Source: an uncultured Bacilli bacterium (GTDB lineage: Bacteria; Bacillota_I; Bacilli_A; RF39; UBA660). From it: DNA of 64,000 nucleotides. The translations under genes and the position numbers were made by a program. The stretch is from the NCBI GenBank assembly GCA_934098485.1, contig CAKOOH010000003.1:1706-65705 (forward strand), read 5' to 3'. The notes beneath the pieces are model-generated. The model worked only from the letters and a program-made list of their open reading frames with translations, searched no databases and was not told the origin of the DNA. Position 1 is the stretch's first letter, and each line of letters starts with the position of its first letter. This document shows, one piece after another, positions 52,859 to 62,245 of this stretch.

Positions 52859-53572
52859 TTATGGTTCTTCATAAAAGTTTTTTAAATATTCATTATATGC
52901 TTTATATGCTGGGGTAACATTATCCTCATGAAACTTAAGACCCTTCTTATCCAAGATATCTTTTACAAACTTATCAGTAAGAAAGGGGTTTCTAATTAAT
53001 AATGGGCCAATTAAATGTGTACCATAAAAATGTTTATAATTAAATCCTTCAAAACTAGATTTTTCATTATCTGCACTTCCCCCTAAGACAGAAAATAGGT
53101 GATTATCATTATTTTGTACTAAGAAAGCACGATTTTGAAACCCTATAACGGGATTATTTTCTTCCTTCATTTTGACAAACGAATGACATACAATTCTTTT
53201 ATTTGCTTTTTTTGCATAGTAATCAAATATATTTAATCCGGGAATAACCTCACCATTATCATAAGTAATAGATTTACCAAATAATAAATAAGAAGATCCC
53301 GTGGCGATTAAATATTTATCACTTTCAATATAGTTTTTAATTTTACGGGCAAATCTCTTAATATCTTTCGCCGCAATTTTTAGACTCTCTAGTGATCCAG
53401 AACCTATATAAACAATATCATAATTCTTAAAATCAACTTCATCGCCCACTGAATATAAATCTACACTTACTTCCACATTTTGATTTTTAAAAGCATTTTT
53501 TAAAGCAAGTATATTTCCTTGTTCACCATACAAATTTAATAAATCATAATACAAATGAGCAATCTTAATCAT
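52859..53572 (-). CDS. gatD: GatD-like CobQ-type glutamine amidotransferase (lipid II isoglutaminyl synthase subunit) with a substituted nucleophile position
   Basis: Collinear with S. aureus GatD as I remember it (LNLYGEQGNILAL, YIGSGS, FYGTHLIGPLL). It overlaps murT by 8 nt. The CGGYQ nucleophile motif reads GSSYL here. Confidence 0.75.
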   Translation of the reverse strand: MIKIAHLYYDLLNLYGEQGNILALKNAFKNQNVEVSVDLYSVGDEVDFKNYDIVYIGSGSLESLKIAAKDIKRFARKIKNYIESDKYLIATGSSYLLFGKSITYDNGEVIPGLNIFDYYAKKANKRIVCHSFVKMKEENNPVIGFQNRAFLVQNNDNHLFSVLGGSADNEKSSFEGFNYKHFYGTHLIGPLLIRNPFLTDKFVKDILDKKGLKFHEDNVTPAYKAYNEYLKNFYEEP

Positions 53573-54896
53573 TGTTATCCTCCATAATTAATTTCTTTAA
53601 TACCGCTGTCATATCAAAACAAACCATTGTAAATATCATTCCCGTAGATTTTTCCTTAACTAAAGAAATAATCGATTTAATATCATCAACTAAAATTAAT
53701 TTATCCTCTTTAATTCCCGCTAAAATAAGTCTGTTATAAACATCATATCTAAATCTGCCAATACAAAATATCTTATCAATATTATCCATATCTAATATTT
53801 CAAAATCTACATCATAAAGCCATGAAATATCATTAAATTTATATCTTCTAGAAACATTATCAAATCCTAAAATAATAGTTTTCTTACCCTTATAATTATT
53901 TATATAATTAAGTGATTGTAAATAACTAAGATTATTTTCATTTTTAGATTCTAACATTTCCACATCGCGATTATCCAAATGAAGAACTTTTAGTCTCTTA
54001 GATTCCATAACATCTTCATTTAACGCTTTAATTATTCCCTCATCAGATATTCCTATTACTTTGCATAAAGTATAAGCAGCTAGAGTATAATATACAGCAA
54101 AAAATGCATCCTTATTTAAATGAATAACTTGATCATTTATTTTAAAACTTAAATTTTCTAAATCTACATCTGTTGCTAAATATTGAATCTCCCTTTTAAA
54201 ATCCTTATTTACACAACTATAACCACCTAAATGTCCATAATGATAAAAACTATACTTTAACTTATTTTTACAAATAGGGCAGTAAGCCGCATCAACATTC
54301 ATACTATACGGCTTTTTTAGACTATATTTATTTTTATCAATTCCATAACTAGTTTTTTCATTATTAGATAGACTTACTCTATTAACAAAAGGATCATCAG
54401 CATTATATATTAAATGAGCATTACCCATACTATTCATAATCTTTTGTAATATAATTTCTGGTTCTCCATTACGAGAAGGCTGATCTCTAGTAATATTAGT
54501 TAAAACTAAATGAGTTAAAGTATTTCCTTTAAAAGTTTCTTTAATATAAGATTCATCCATCTCCAAAAGTAAAACATCACAGTCCATTTGATGGGAAAAA
54601 GTTTTCGTATTATTTAAAATAAGAGTAGTAGTACCATTAACAACATTTGAGCCCGTTTTGTTCCATACTACTTTTATCCCATTATCTTCTAATATATGGG
54701 CTATCATAGAAGTTGTACTTCCTTTCCCTGAAGAACCTGTTACCCCAATAACATATTTAGGATATTTAACCTTTTCTAAAATATCTTTATCTAGCGGTCT
54801 AACCAAACTAGCTGGAAAAACACTACCATCTCTTCCAAATAAATTACAAACAGCAGTTACCGCTTTATTTAATAATATTAAAAATGTTGTTTTCAA
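53565..54896 (-). CDS. murT: MurT (Mur-ligase-family lipid II isoglutaminyl synthase subunit)
   Basis: GVTGSSGKGSTT P-loop, LTNITRDQPSRNGE, NADDPFV, Cys4 ribbon CPICKNKL...HYGHLGGYSC, and a DUF1727-like NDISWLYDVDFE. Confidence 0.85.
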   Translation of the reverse strand: MKTTFLILLNKAVTAVCNLFGRDGSVFPASLVRPLDKDILEKVKYPKYVIGVTGSSGKGSTTSMIAHILEDNGIKVVWNKTGSNVVNGTTTLILNNTKTFSHQMDCDVLLLEMDESYIKETFKGNTLTHLVLTNITRDQPSRNGEPEIILQKIMNSMGNAHLIYNADDPFVNRVSLSNNEKTSYGIDKNKYSLKKPYSMNVDAAYCPICKNKLKYSFYHYGHLGGYSCVNKDFKREIQYLATDVDLENLSFKINDQVIHLNKDAFFAVYYTLAAYTLCKVIGISDEGIIKALNEDVMESKRLKVLHLDNRDVEMLESKNENNLSYLQSLNYINNYKGKKTIILGFDNVSRRYKFNDISWLYDVDFEILDMDNIDKIFCIGRFRYDVYNRLILAGIKEDKLILVDDIKSIISLVKEKSTGMIFTMVCFDMTAVLKKLIMEDNND

Positions 54897-54961
54897 ATTC
54901 TATCACCTAAAAATAGTATACCATGGATTAAACATAAAGTACTCTTTAAATTAAAAAAGTC

Positions 54962-55909
54962 TTACACTAATTTGCCATAAGACTTTCCGATAATTTGCAG
55001 TAAAGCATCATTATTTTCAGCTTCTAAAATATCTCTATTGTCTAGAAAATAATTTATTCTTTCTAATATTTCATAAAGATTATTATCTATTTCAAAACTT
55101 TTTCTACCTAATTTTCTTTTTACCATTTTATAGGCCTTTTTAAAATTATTACTATATATTAAACTTTCTAATGAGTTTGAACTACTTACTGAAGTTTCCA
55201 ATTTTTTAGTTTTTAAAAATTTAATAATTTGTGTTGTTATATATAAAATTAATTTATCACTTTTTCGTAAATTCCCACATTTACTTTCCTCATTTTCTAA
55301 ATAATTTTTAAGCAGTAAAAAATCATTATTATTTAAAAGCCTACTTATATCTTTATCTCTCTTACTAAATAATAATTTTTTTGCATCTCTTACCTTATCA
55401 TTAATATCACTTAGCAAAATGCAAGTTTTTTTCTCCTTTTTATAATTAGCAATTTGTTCATTTAAAAGGGGAGGAATTTTTGTAATAAAAGAAAGTTCAT
55501 ATAATAAAGTAGTAATTTCTTCTTTTATTTCTGCATTTTCTTTATACATATCTTTAATTTTAAATAATACCTCAAAAAGAAAATCATAATCTCTCTTTTT
55601 AAAAGCCATCATCAGAAGTTCTAAACAAAGAGGTAAGGTAATAAAACCATTTAAAAATAAGTATCGATTTATTATTTCTTTAATCTTATAATCATCTATC
55701 TTTAAACATGTTTCGTATAATTTATTTAAATCTCCCATAATGTAAATCGGATTTATAACTCTACTATTACTTGATATATCTATCATATGTAAATTTAACA
55801 TCTCTTTAACAATTTTTTTATCAATTTTCTTTTCTTTTAAATCTCTAAAAGAAACTTCATGCTTATTAATAATTTCTAGATAAATTGTCATAATACTATT
55901 TAATTCCAT
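54962..55909 (-). CDS. Hypothetical helical protein upstream of murT-gatD
   Basis: 315-aa ORF on the same strand, 65 nt upstream of murT. RBS GGAGGGG is present. I recognise no motifs. Confidence 0.5.
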   Translation of the reverse strand: MELNSIMTIYLEIINKHEVSFRDLKEKKIDKKIVKEMLNLHMIDISSNSRVINPIYIMGDLNKLYETCLKIDDYKIKEIINRYLFLNGFITLPLCLELLMMAFKKRDYDFLFEVLFKIKDMYKENAEIKEEITTLLYELSFITKIPPLLNEQIANYKKEKKTCILLSDINDKVRDAKKLLFSKRDKDISRLLNNNDFLLLKNYLENEESKCGNLRKSDKLILYITTQIIKFLKTKKLETSVSSSNSLESLIYSNNFKKAYKMVKRKLGRKSFEIDNNLYEILERINYFLDNRDILEAENNDALLQIIGKSYGKLV

Positions 55910-56038
55910 TATAACCCCTCCTTAACTAAAATCGTCTTATTTATAATATGTATAATAACGTAAAAAATCAAGTCTTATCTTTTATTTGAAAAAATATATG
56001 TATTATAGTATAATTTCCTTAAAGTAAAGGTTGATTGT

Positions 56039-57280
56039 ATGAGAAAAATATTTAGTGCTTTAGACATTGGTTCTAGTAGTATCAAATTAGTTGTAGCTGA
56101 ATTTATTAAAAATAAAATTCATATTTTACTTGCTTTAAAAAAGACATCCTTCGGTTTTAAACATAATACTATAACCGATAAAGAAAGTTTAAAAACATGT
56201 ATAAATTTACTTTTAGATGAAGCCGAAAGTAAACTTAATTTTCGTCCTTCCAAGATGATTTTAAATATACCTACTGATTATAATAGTTTTAAAATGATTG
56301 ATTATAGCATTAACATTGATAGAGAAGATCATATTATTAATAGTAATGATATTTTAAAAGTTCTAAAAGAATCTACAATTAATAATGCTAGTTCTAACGA
56401 AGAAATGATTGCAAATATTCCGGTTATTTTTAAAGTCGGGGACACGGAAACCGATAAACCTTTTGGTAAAGAGGGAAACACCTTATCCGTTAAAAGCGTT
56501 ATTGTAAGTGCCGATAAAAGAAAAATATATGAACTAATTAATTTTTTAAGCGGATTAAAATTAGAAATTATAGATATAACAACGACTGGCTTAGTAGATT
56601 ATTTGAATTTTAAAACGCCCGAACTTGACAATAAAAATGTAGTAGTTGTAAATCTAGGTGACACAAGTACTAATATTAGTGTTTTTAGTAAAGGAGTTTA
56701 TATAAATAATCAAACTTTAGATATTGGTGGTATCGATATTGACAGAGAAATTGCTTTAACTTTTAATTTACGTAAAAAAGAAGCAACTTATTTAAAAGAA
56801 CATTTAAGTTTAGCCGTTATGCAAAGAGCAGACGTTAAAGAAAAGTGTGAAGTAGAAACTAAAGATGGTGAAGTAATAAAGATAAATCAGTATGAATTAT
56901 CTAAAGTTAGTAGTAAAAAACTAGAAGAAACGCTAAAAATAGTGAAAAATTCTATTAACCACTTAACAAAAAAGGAAATTAGTTATATAATTATAACAGG
57001 AGGACTAGCGGAAATTAGAGATTTTCCTCATGCCGTTAATATGGTTTTTGGCAAAACCGCCAAAGTAGGTAATATTAATAATATTGGCGCGAGGGATAAT
57101 TCTTATAGTGTAGCAGTTGGTATGCTCATTTATTTTAATGAAAAGTTAAGTCTTAGAAATAGAGATTTTAGTGCAATTACGGGTGAAGAAGTTGAAGCTA
57201 TGATGCAGACAGGTAAAAAGAATGTTATTGCGGAAGACTCTATATTAGGAAAAGTAGTAAGTTACTTTTTTGACAATTAA
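56039..57280 (+). CDS. ftsA: Cell division protein FtsA
   Basis: ALDIGSSSIKLVVAE and an actin-like fold pattern (VVNLGDTSTNISVF, ITGGLAEI). Directly upstream of ftsZ. Confidence 0.9.
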   Translation: MRKIFSALDIGSSSIKLVVAEFIKNKIHILLALKKTSFGFKHNTITDKESLKTCINLLLDEAESKLNFRPSKMILNIPTDYNSFKMIDYSINIDREDHIINSNDILKVLKESTINNASSNEEMIANIPVIFKVGDTETDKPFGKEGNTLSVKSVIVSADKRKIYELINFLSGLKLEIIDITTTGLVDYLNFKTPELDNKNVVVVNLGDTSTNISVFSKGVYINNQTLDIGGIDIDREIALTFNLRKKEATYLKEHLSLAVMQRADVKEKCEVETKDGEVIKINQYELSKVSSKKLEETLKIVKNSINHLTKKEISYIIITGGLAEIRDFPHAVNMVFGKTAKVGNINNIGARDNSYSVAVGMLIYFNEKLSLRNRDFSAITGEEVEAMMQTGKKNVIAEDSILGKVVSYFFDN

Positions 57281-57295
57281 GAAAGAGGAGATTTT

Positions 57296-58348
57296 ATGTT
57301 TGGACTAGAGATGGATCAAATTGCAAAAATAAAAGTAATTGGTTGTGGCGGCGGAGGCTGCAACGCTGTAAATAGAATGATTGAATCAGGAGTTAAAGGT
57401 GTTGAATTTATTGTTGCTAATACCGATTTACAAGTATTAAACGTATCTAAAGCATCTAATAAACTTCAAATTGGTGCTAATATTACTAATGGTCTAGGAG
57501 CTGGTGCTAACCCAGAGGTTGGTCGCGCTGCTGCCTTAGAAAGTAAAGAAGAAATAAAAGAAGCCCTAAAAGGTGCCGATATGATATTTGTAACTTGCGG
57601 TATGGGTGGTGGAACTGGAACTGGTGCTGCTCCTGTTATTGCCGAAATTGCTGCTGATTTAGGTGCCCTTACTGTTGGCATTGTAACAAAACCATTTAGA
57701 TTCGAAGGTAAACGTCGTATGGAGCAAGCAATTTTAGGTATTGAAGAATTAAAGAAACATGTAGATACTTTAATTGTTATTCCAAATGATCGACTAAGAG
57801 ATATTATTGATAAATCTACACCAATGATTGATGCCTTTAAAGAAGTTGATAATGTATTACATCGTGGTGTTCAATCAATCAGTGATCTTATAGCTGTATC
57901 TGGTTTAGTAAACTTAGATTTTGCTGACGTAAAAACTGTTATGGAAAAAAGAGGCTCTGCTCTAATCGGTATCGGTCTAGGCGTTGGTGAAAATAGAGCC
58001 ATTGAAGCTGCTAAACAAGCAGTATCAAGCCCACTTCTTGAAACAAGTATTGATGGCGCAACTGATGCTATTATTAATGTAACTGGTGGTACAAGCTTAA
58101 CCTTATTTGAAGCAGAAGATGCTGCTGAAGTAGTAAGACAATCATCTAATAATGATATTAATATTATCTTCGGTGCGGTAATTAACGAGAACTTAAATGA
58201 TGAAGTAATCGTAACTGTTATCGCAACTGGATTTGAAGATGAACAAAGAGCATCAGAAACAAAACAAGATAACCCATCAAACAAAATGACCCAAGATGAT
58301 AGTGACTTTGATATTCCACCATTTTTAAGAGATAGAGATAATTTTTAA
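57296..58348 (+). CDS. ftsZ: Cell division protein FtsZ
   Basis: [17 protein letters not shown], the [13 protein letters not shown] tubulin signature, and a C-terminal DIPPFLR peptide. Confidence 0.97.
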   Translation: MFGLEMDQIAKIKVIGCGGGGCNAVNRMIESGVKGVEFIVANTDLQVLNVSKASNKLQIGANITNGLGAGANPEVGRAAALESKEEIKEALKGADMIFVTCGMGGGTGTGAAPVIAEIAADLGALTVGIVTKPFRFEGKRRMEQAILGIEELKKHVDTLIVIPNDRLRDIIDKSTPMIDAFKEVDNVLHRGVQSISDLIAVSGLVNLDFADVKTVMEKRGSALIGIGLGVGENRAIEAAKQAVSSPLLETSIDGATDAIINVTGGTSLTLFEAEDAAEVVRQSSNNDINIIFGAVINENLNDEVIVTVIATGFEDEQRASETKQDNPSNKMTQDDSDFDIPPFLRDRDNF

Positions 58349-58372
58349 AAAAGCCAAATTATAATATAATAG

Positions 58373-58400
58373 AGTCTATGGTTAATACCATAGACTTTTT
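58373..58400 (+). terminator. Rho-independent terminator after ftsZ
   Basis: AGTCTATGGT-taat-ACCATAGACT followed by TTTTT. Confidence 0.85.
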
Positions 58401-58476
58401 ACGTATGCAATATTAACTTGACGTGGGTGGGGGATTATTAGTACAATTATATAGAAAATAACAGGTGATGTTAGGT

Positions 58477-60207
58477 ATGAAAGATGTAAAGAAAAATAAC
58501 GTAACAGTAGTAGTATTAATTGTGATATTAACAATGATAATTGGAATGAGTTTATCGTATGCATTCTTTTCTGCTAGAATAAGTGGAACAGAAAGTGAAT
58601 CAACAATAGTAATGGAAGCAGGAAGTTTATCTATAGAATATACAGATTTATCAAATGTAATAAGTGTATCAAAAGTATATCCAAGAGAAGAAGCTTGGGT
58701 AACCAAAGAATTTAAAGTAACTGGGACAAATACAACAAATTTAGTATTATTTTATAAATTAAAAATAGTTTTAGATAATAATGAGTTTGAAGGCTTAGGT
58801 TTAAGTTACAGTTTAGAAAGTGAAAACACTGGAAATAATGGAAATATAATTCCAAGTATAAGTAAAGAATACATAGGAAAAGATGATATTAATTTAGGTC
58901 AAGGATATTTTATAAATACAGGAACAACACCAAAAGAACATAAATATACATTAAAAATATATTTAAAAGAAAATGGAGAAGATCAAAACTATTTACAAGG
59001 AGCCAAATTTGCTGCTCATATAGAAATAGAGGCAGGAGATAAAGCGGTAGAAGTAACACCAAAAGGATGGGATGAAGCAGGAAGTGGCACCTTACTAGCC
59101 GGAATAAAAGCAAATTATCCCACAGTAATGCAGCCGTTAACCAATCCAGGAAAAGAAGGATCAGCAGATAATGAAGCAGTATTAGCGGGTGCAGTTGATG
59201 ACTATGGGATGAGTTATTACTTTAGAGGAAATGTAACCAATAACTATGTCCAGTTTGCAAACAAATGCTGGAGAATTGTGCGTGTAACTGGCGATGGCTC
59301 AATTAAATTAGTACTTCATAATGACAATGTAAATAATGTAGCAAGTCCATGTGCATCATCAAATAATAGTACGTCAGCAGCCTTTGCAAGATATAGTGGA
59401 ACAACATATGAAACTAAATATAATGAACAAAAAAATGATAATACATATGTAGGATTTATGTATGGAACAGCCGGATCAAGTAAATATGCCGAAACTCATG
59501 CAAATATAAATAAAAGTACCATTTTACAAAACTTAGAAACATGGTATAAAAATAATTTAGCAACATATGAAAGCAAACTAGCAGATACCATCTGGTGTAA
59601 TGATAAAAGTACAAAAACTAATCAAACTATAATATATACAATTTTAAATACCAAAACTAATAAATTAAGTAAAGGTAGAAGCAATTATCCAGGACTCGGA
59701 TATGGAACAAATAACACATTATATAGTGGAGTACAAAGAACAGGAGCAAACTATCATTCTATAAATACTTCAGGCAAACAATATGGACCAGTAGGAACGG
59801 GACCAACATTAATATGTCCATTAGATAATGCTGGCGGAAAGTTATCCAAGTTAACAGTTTCAGATACAATTAATGGTAATGGAACATTAGATTATAAAGT
59901 TGGGTTACTTACAGTGGACGAAGTGTTATATGCTGGAAGTATTGATTGGTCTGGATATCAAGCATTAAATTATTCTGACTCATCAATAAATAGTTATTTA
60001 AAAGAAAATGCAAGCGATGGGTATTGGACCATTTCGCCTAGTTACTTCGATGGTGATGCCCGCGTGCTTAACGTGGGGGGCAGTGGCAGTGTCGGCAATA
60101 ATTGGGTGAAGAGCACGCTCGGTCTTCGTCCGGCAGTTTCTCTTACGAGCACAACGACGATATCTGGAGGAAATGGCACCTCATCAAATCCGTTTGTAAT
60201 TAATTAA
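58477..60207 (+). CDS. Large (576-aa) multidomain surface protein with a SipW-type leader and a family-specific N-terminal domain
   Basis: The ATG at 58477 lies 8 nt after AGGTGA. The leader is MKDVKKNNVTVVVLIVILTMIIGMSLSYAFFSA. Residues ~35-190 are paralogous to 20812 and 21489 (KVYPREEAWVTKEF..., HKYTLKIYLKENGEDQNYLQGAKFAAHIEIEA). Further regions follow with YYFRGNVTNNYVQFANKCWRIVRV and a C-terminal GYWTISP...LGLRPAVSL module. Confidence 0.75.
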   Translation: MKDVKKNNVTVVVLIVILTMIIGMSLSYAFFSARISGTESESTIVMEAGSLSIEYTDLSNVISVSKVYPREEAWVTKEFKVTGTNTTNLVLFYKLKIVLDNNEFEGLGLSYSLESENTGNNGNIIPSISKEYIGKDDINLGQGYFINTGTTPKEHKYTLKIYLKENGEDQNYLQGAKFAAHIEIEAGDKAVEVTPKGWDEAGSGTLLAGIKANYPTVMQPLTNPGKEGSADNEAVLAGAVDDYGMSYYFRGNVTNNYVQFANKCWRIVRVTGDGSIKLVLHNDNVNNVASPCASSNNSTSAAFARYSGTTYETKYNEQKNDNTYVGFMYGTAGSSKYAETHANINKSTILQNLETWYKNNLATYESKLADTIWCNDKSTKTNQTIIYTILNTKTNKLSKGRSNYPGLGYGTNNTLYSGVQRTGANYHSINTSGKQYGPVGTGPTLICPLDNAGGKLSKLTVSDTINGNGTLDYKVGLLTVDEVLYAGSIDWSGYQALNYSDSSINSYLKENASDGYWTISPSYFDGDARVLNVGGSGSVGNNWVKSTLGLRPAVSLTSTTTISGGNGTSSNPFVIN

Positions 60208-60247
60208 AAACATAGTTCATTATAAAATAAACTATGTTTTTTTTCTT
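60208..60247. terminator. Bidirectional terminator between convergent genes
   Basis: AAACATAGTT - 12-nt loop - AACTATGTTT, flanked by an A-run and a T-run. The 3' arm overlaps the stop codon of the minus-strand gerB-type gene. Confidence 0.75.
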
Positions 60248-61215
60248 TTTCTAAATAACTTACTAAGAATAAACAATACCATAACTCCTAAAAGCATATA
60301 TGTATAATATTTCAAATAAAAATCGGTAACTTTATAAGTATTAAGTGCATATTTATTTAATGCCCAAATCATAACAATTATAATAATAAGTAAAAACTTA
60401 CTACAAGTAATTTCTTTAATATTAACACATGATAATCCCGTAAGAACAAAAATATTAATAATCCATAAGGTAAATAATATATTTTCGATATTTTCAATAA
60501 AATTTAAAATAGAAATTCTTTTAAACACCATATATTCAGGATATCTATAAAGTTTAGATACTTCAATTCCTAAGTTACCAATTGTACAAAGTAATATAAT
60601 TAATAATAAAAAGGCTGAAGCAAGATAAACTTTATAATCATATTTTTCTTTAAAATCATCAACTAATATCATAGGGCTCGTACTAATTAATGCAAAATCT
60701 AAAGCCGACCATAATATCTTACTAATGCTACTAGTCATAACTGGCAAAAAGAAATCAACTTTAATTGTTGGAACTAATGTAAAAGCCGCACATAGATACA
60801 AAAAGATATGTAAATAAACTAATATGCCCGCACTTTTATATAAAGTTTCTCGTCCTTTTAAAGCTGTATAATAAATTAGATAGCCACCAGGAATAAGTAC
60901 AATATAAGTAGGTGTTCTAGATAAATATATTGAAGAAACTAGTTTTCCAATTAGCATCGTTCCAATTACTAAAAAGCAGATACTATAAAGAAGTTTAAAA
61001 AATTTATTATCTTCCCTCGGTATCGATTTAATAATAAAATTTATTCCCAGTCCCATAATTGTTCCTATTAAAATTGATATCCAAGCATCTGAACCTACAT
61101 TTTTAATAATCTTCGAAAAACCAACTCCCATAAATAGGGGAAATGTTAATAAATAAATTAAACTAACGCTTTCTAACTTAGTTATTTTTTTCATGTTCTT
61201 CACCAATTGGTCCAA
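60232..61215 (-). CDS. Spore germinant receptor subunit B (GerAB/GerKB-type permease)
   Basis: About 10 TM helices; last gene of a gerA-type operon. Confidence 0.75.
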   Translation of the reverse strand: MDQLVKNMKKITKLESVSLIYLLTFPLFMGVGFSKIIKNVGSDAWISILIGTIMGLGINFIIKSIPREDNKFFKLLYSICFLVIGTMLIGKLVSSIYLSRTPTYIVLIPGGYLIYYTALKGRETLYKSAGILVYLHIFLYLCAAFTLVPTIKVDFFLPVMTSSISKILWSALDFALISTSPMILVDDFKEKYDYKVYLASAFLLLIILLCTIGNLGIEVSKLYRYPEYMVFKRISILNFIENIENILFTLWIINIFVLTGLSCVNIKEITCSKFLLIIIIVMIWALNKYALNTYKVTDFYLKYYTYMLLGVMVLFILSKLFRKRKKT

Positions 61216-62245
61216 AAATTAGACCCTTTCTATCCAATTTAACTTGAACATTTACTTCATAATTAATATCTTTAATATCATTAATCTTATCTCTTTTTGC
61301 GTTGTAATATTTCTTTTTAAAACCAAGTACATCGGCATTATTATCTATTAAAATCGTTATAAATTCTTTCGTATCTTCTTTTATCTTATCTTTAACTAAA
61401 CTAATAATTTTTTTAACATTTTCCTTATTATTTAAATTAAGCGCTTCTGTTTCATTAAATATTCCTAAAATTTTTAAGTTAATTTTAAATTTATCATCTT
61501 CATAAGTAATGTCACTGCTAGAATTAATCACTTTAAAAACAAATTCTTTATCTTCATAATTTACAGGAAATAAAGTAAGTTTATTATCACCATTAATCAT
61601 ATTATAAATTTGAATCATTTGAATATTAATTTCATTTACCATCTTTTCTTTAGAAAAAATAACCGCTTCACTTACTTTAATATCAGTTTTATCATCGCTT
61701 ATCTTCGGTAAAATAATATTATAATATCCCGATATATAATTTTCCAGAAAATCATTAAATTTTATATTTATCGTATTATTAAATTTACTTTCTATAATAT
61801 CTTTAATATAATTACCTACAATTTTTTCCTTCTTTTTTACTATTTCTATAGTTTTTTCAATATCATTATCTATTACAATATTAAAATTAACACCCACATT
61901 ATTTTCTCTCGTTAAATAGTCCATTATAAAGTCTAATTTACTATTAGCAGCCACTTCGCTTAAAACAACTGTATCTAAATCAATAAAATATAAGGCCTTA
62001 TTTACCGAAAAAGATATATTCTTTAAAGCACCAATTAAAGAGTCACCACTTCCTTTATATATTAAAGAAGCATTTTCATTTTCCTTTTTATTTTCTCTAA
62101 TTTCTACAATTACATTATATTTATCATCACTATAATCAACCCCAATTAGTGAAACCATTGCCATTTTATTTAGTTCCATATGATTATAACAGCCTGATAA
62201 AAATAAACACATTATAATTAATAATATCTTTTTTATAAATATCAC
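61178..62245 (-). CDS. Spore germinant receptor subunit C (Ger(x)C lipoprotein)
   Basis: Lipobox LFLSGC followed by YNHMELNKMAMVSLIGVD, typical of GerAC-family N-termini. Confidence 0.8.
   Translation of the reverse strand: MIFIKKILLIIMCLFLSGCYNHMELNKMAMVSLIGVDYSDDKYNVIVEIRENKKENENASLIYKGSGDSLIGALKNISFSVNKALYFIDLDTVVLSEVAANSKLDFIMDYLTRENNVGVNFNIVIDNDIEKTIEIVKKKEKIVGNYIKDIIESKFNNTINIKFNDFLENYISGYYNIILPKISDDKTDIKVSEAVIFSKEKMVNEINIQMIQIYNMINGDNKLTLFPVNYEDKEFVFKVINSSSDITYEDDKFKINLKILGIFNETEALNLNNKENVKKIISLVKDKIKEDTKEFITILIDNNADVLGFKKKYYNAKRDKINDIKDINYEVNVQVKLDRKGLIFGPIGEEHEKNN

Noticed and set aside
54658-54954. 98-aa plus-strand ORF over the murT 5' end; also 62555-62773 and 62963-63256 over gerAA
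   Set aside because: Antisense to genes with clear family motifs.
57466-58284. ORFs antisense to ftsZ (57466-57681 and 57871-58284)
   Set aside because: Shadow frames of the Gly/Ala-rich ftsZ coding sequence.
58382-58706. Minus-strand ORFs overlapping the ftsZ terminator and the 5' end of the 576-aa gene; also 58910-59113, 20742-21008, 22490-22705 and 23591-23809
   Set aside because: No RBS, and they overlap better-supported plus-strand genes and a terminator.
60040-60190. The GC-rich 3' tail as the variable region of a diversity-generating retroelement
   Set aside because: I found no reverse-transcriptase gene, no template repeat copy and no adenine-specific mismatch pattern anywhere in the window. 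The idea remains testable genome-wide but is unsupported here.
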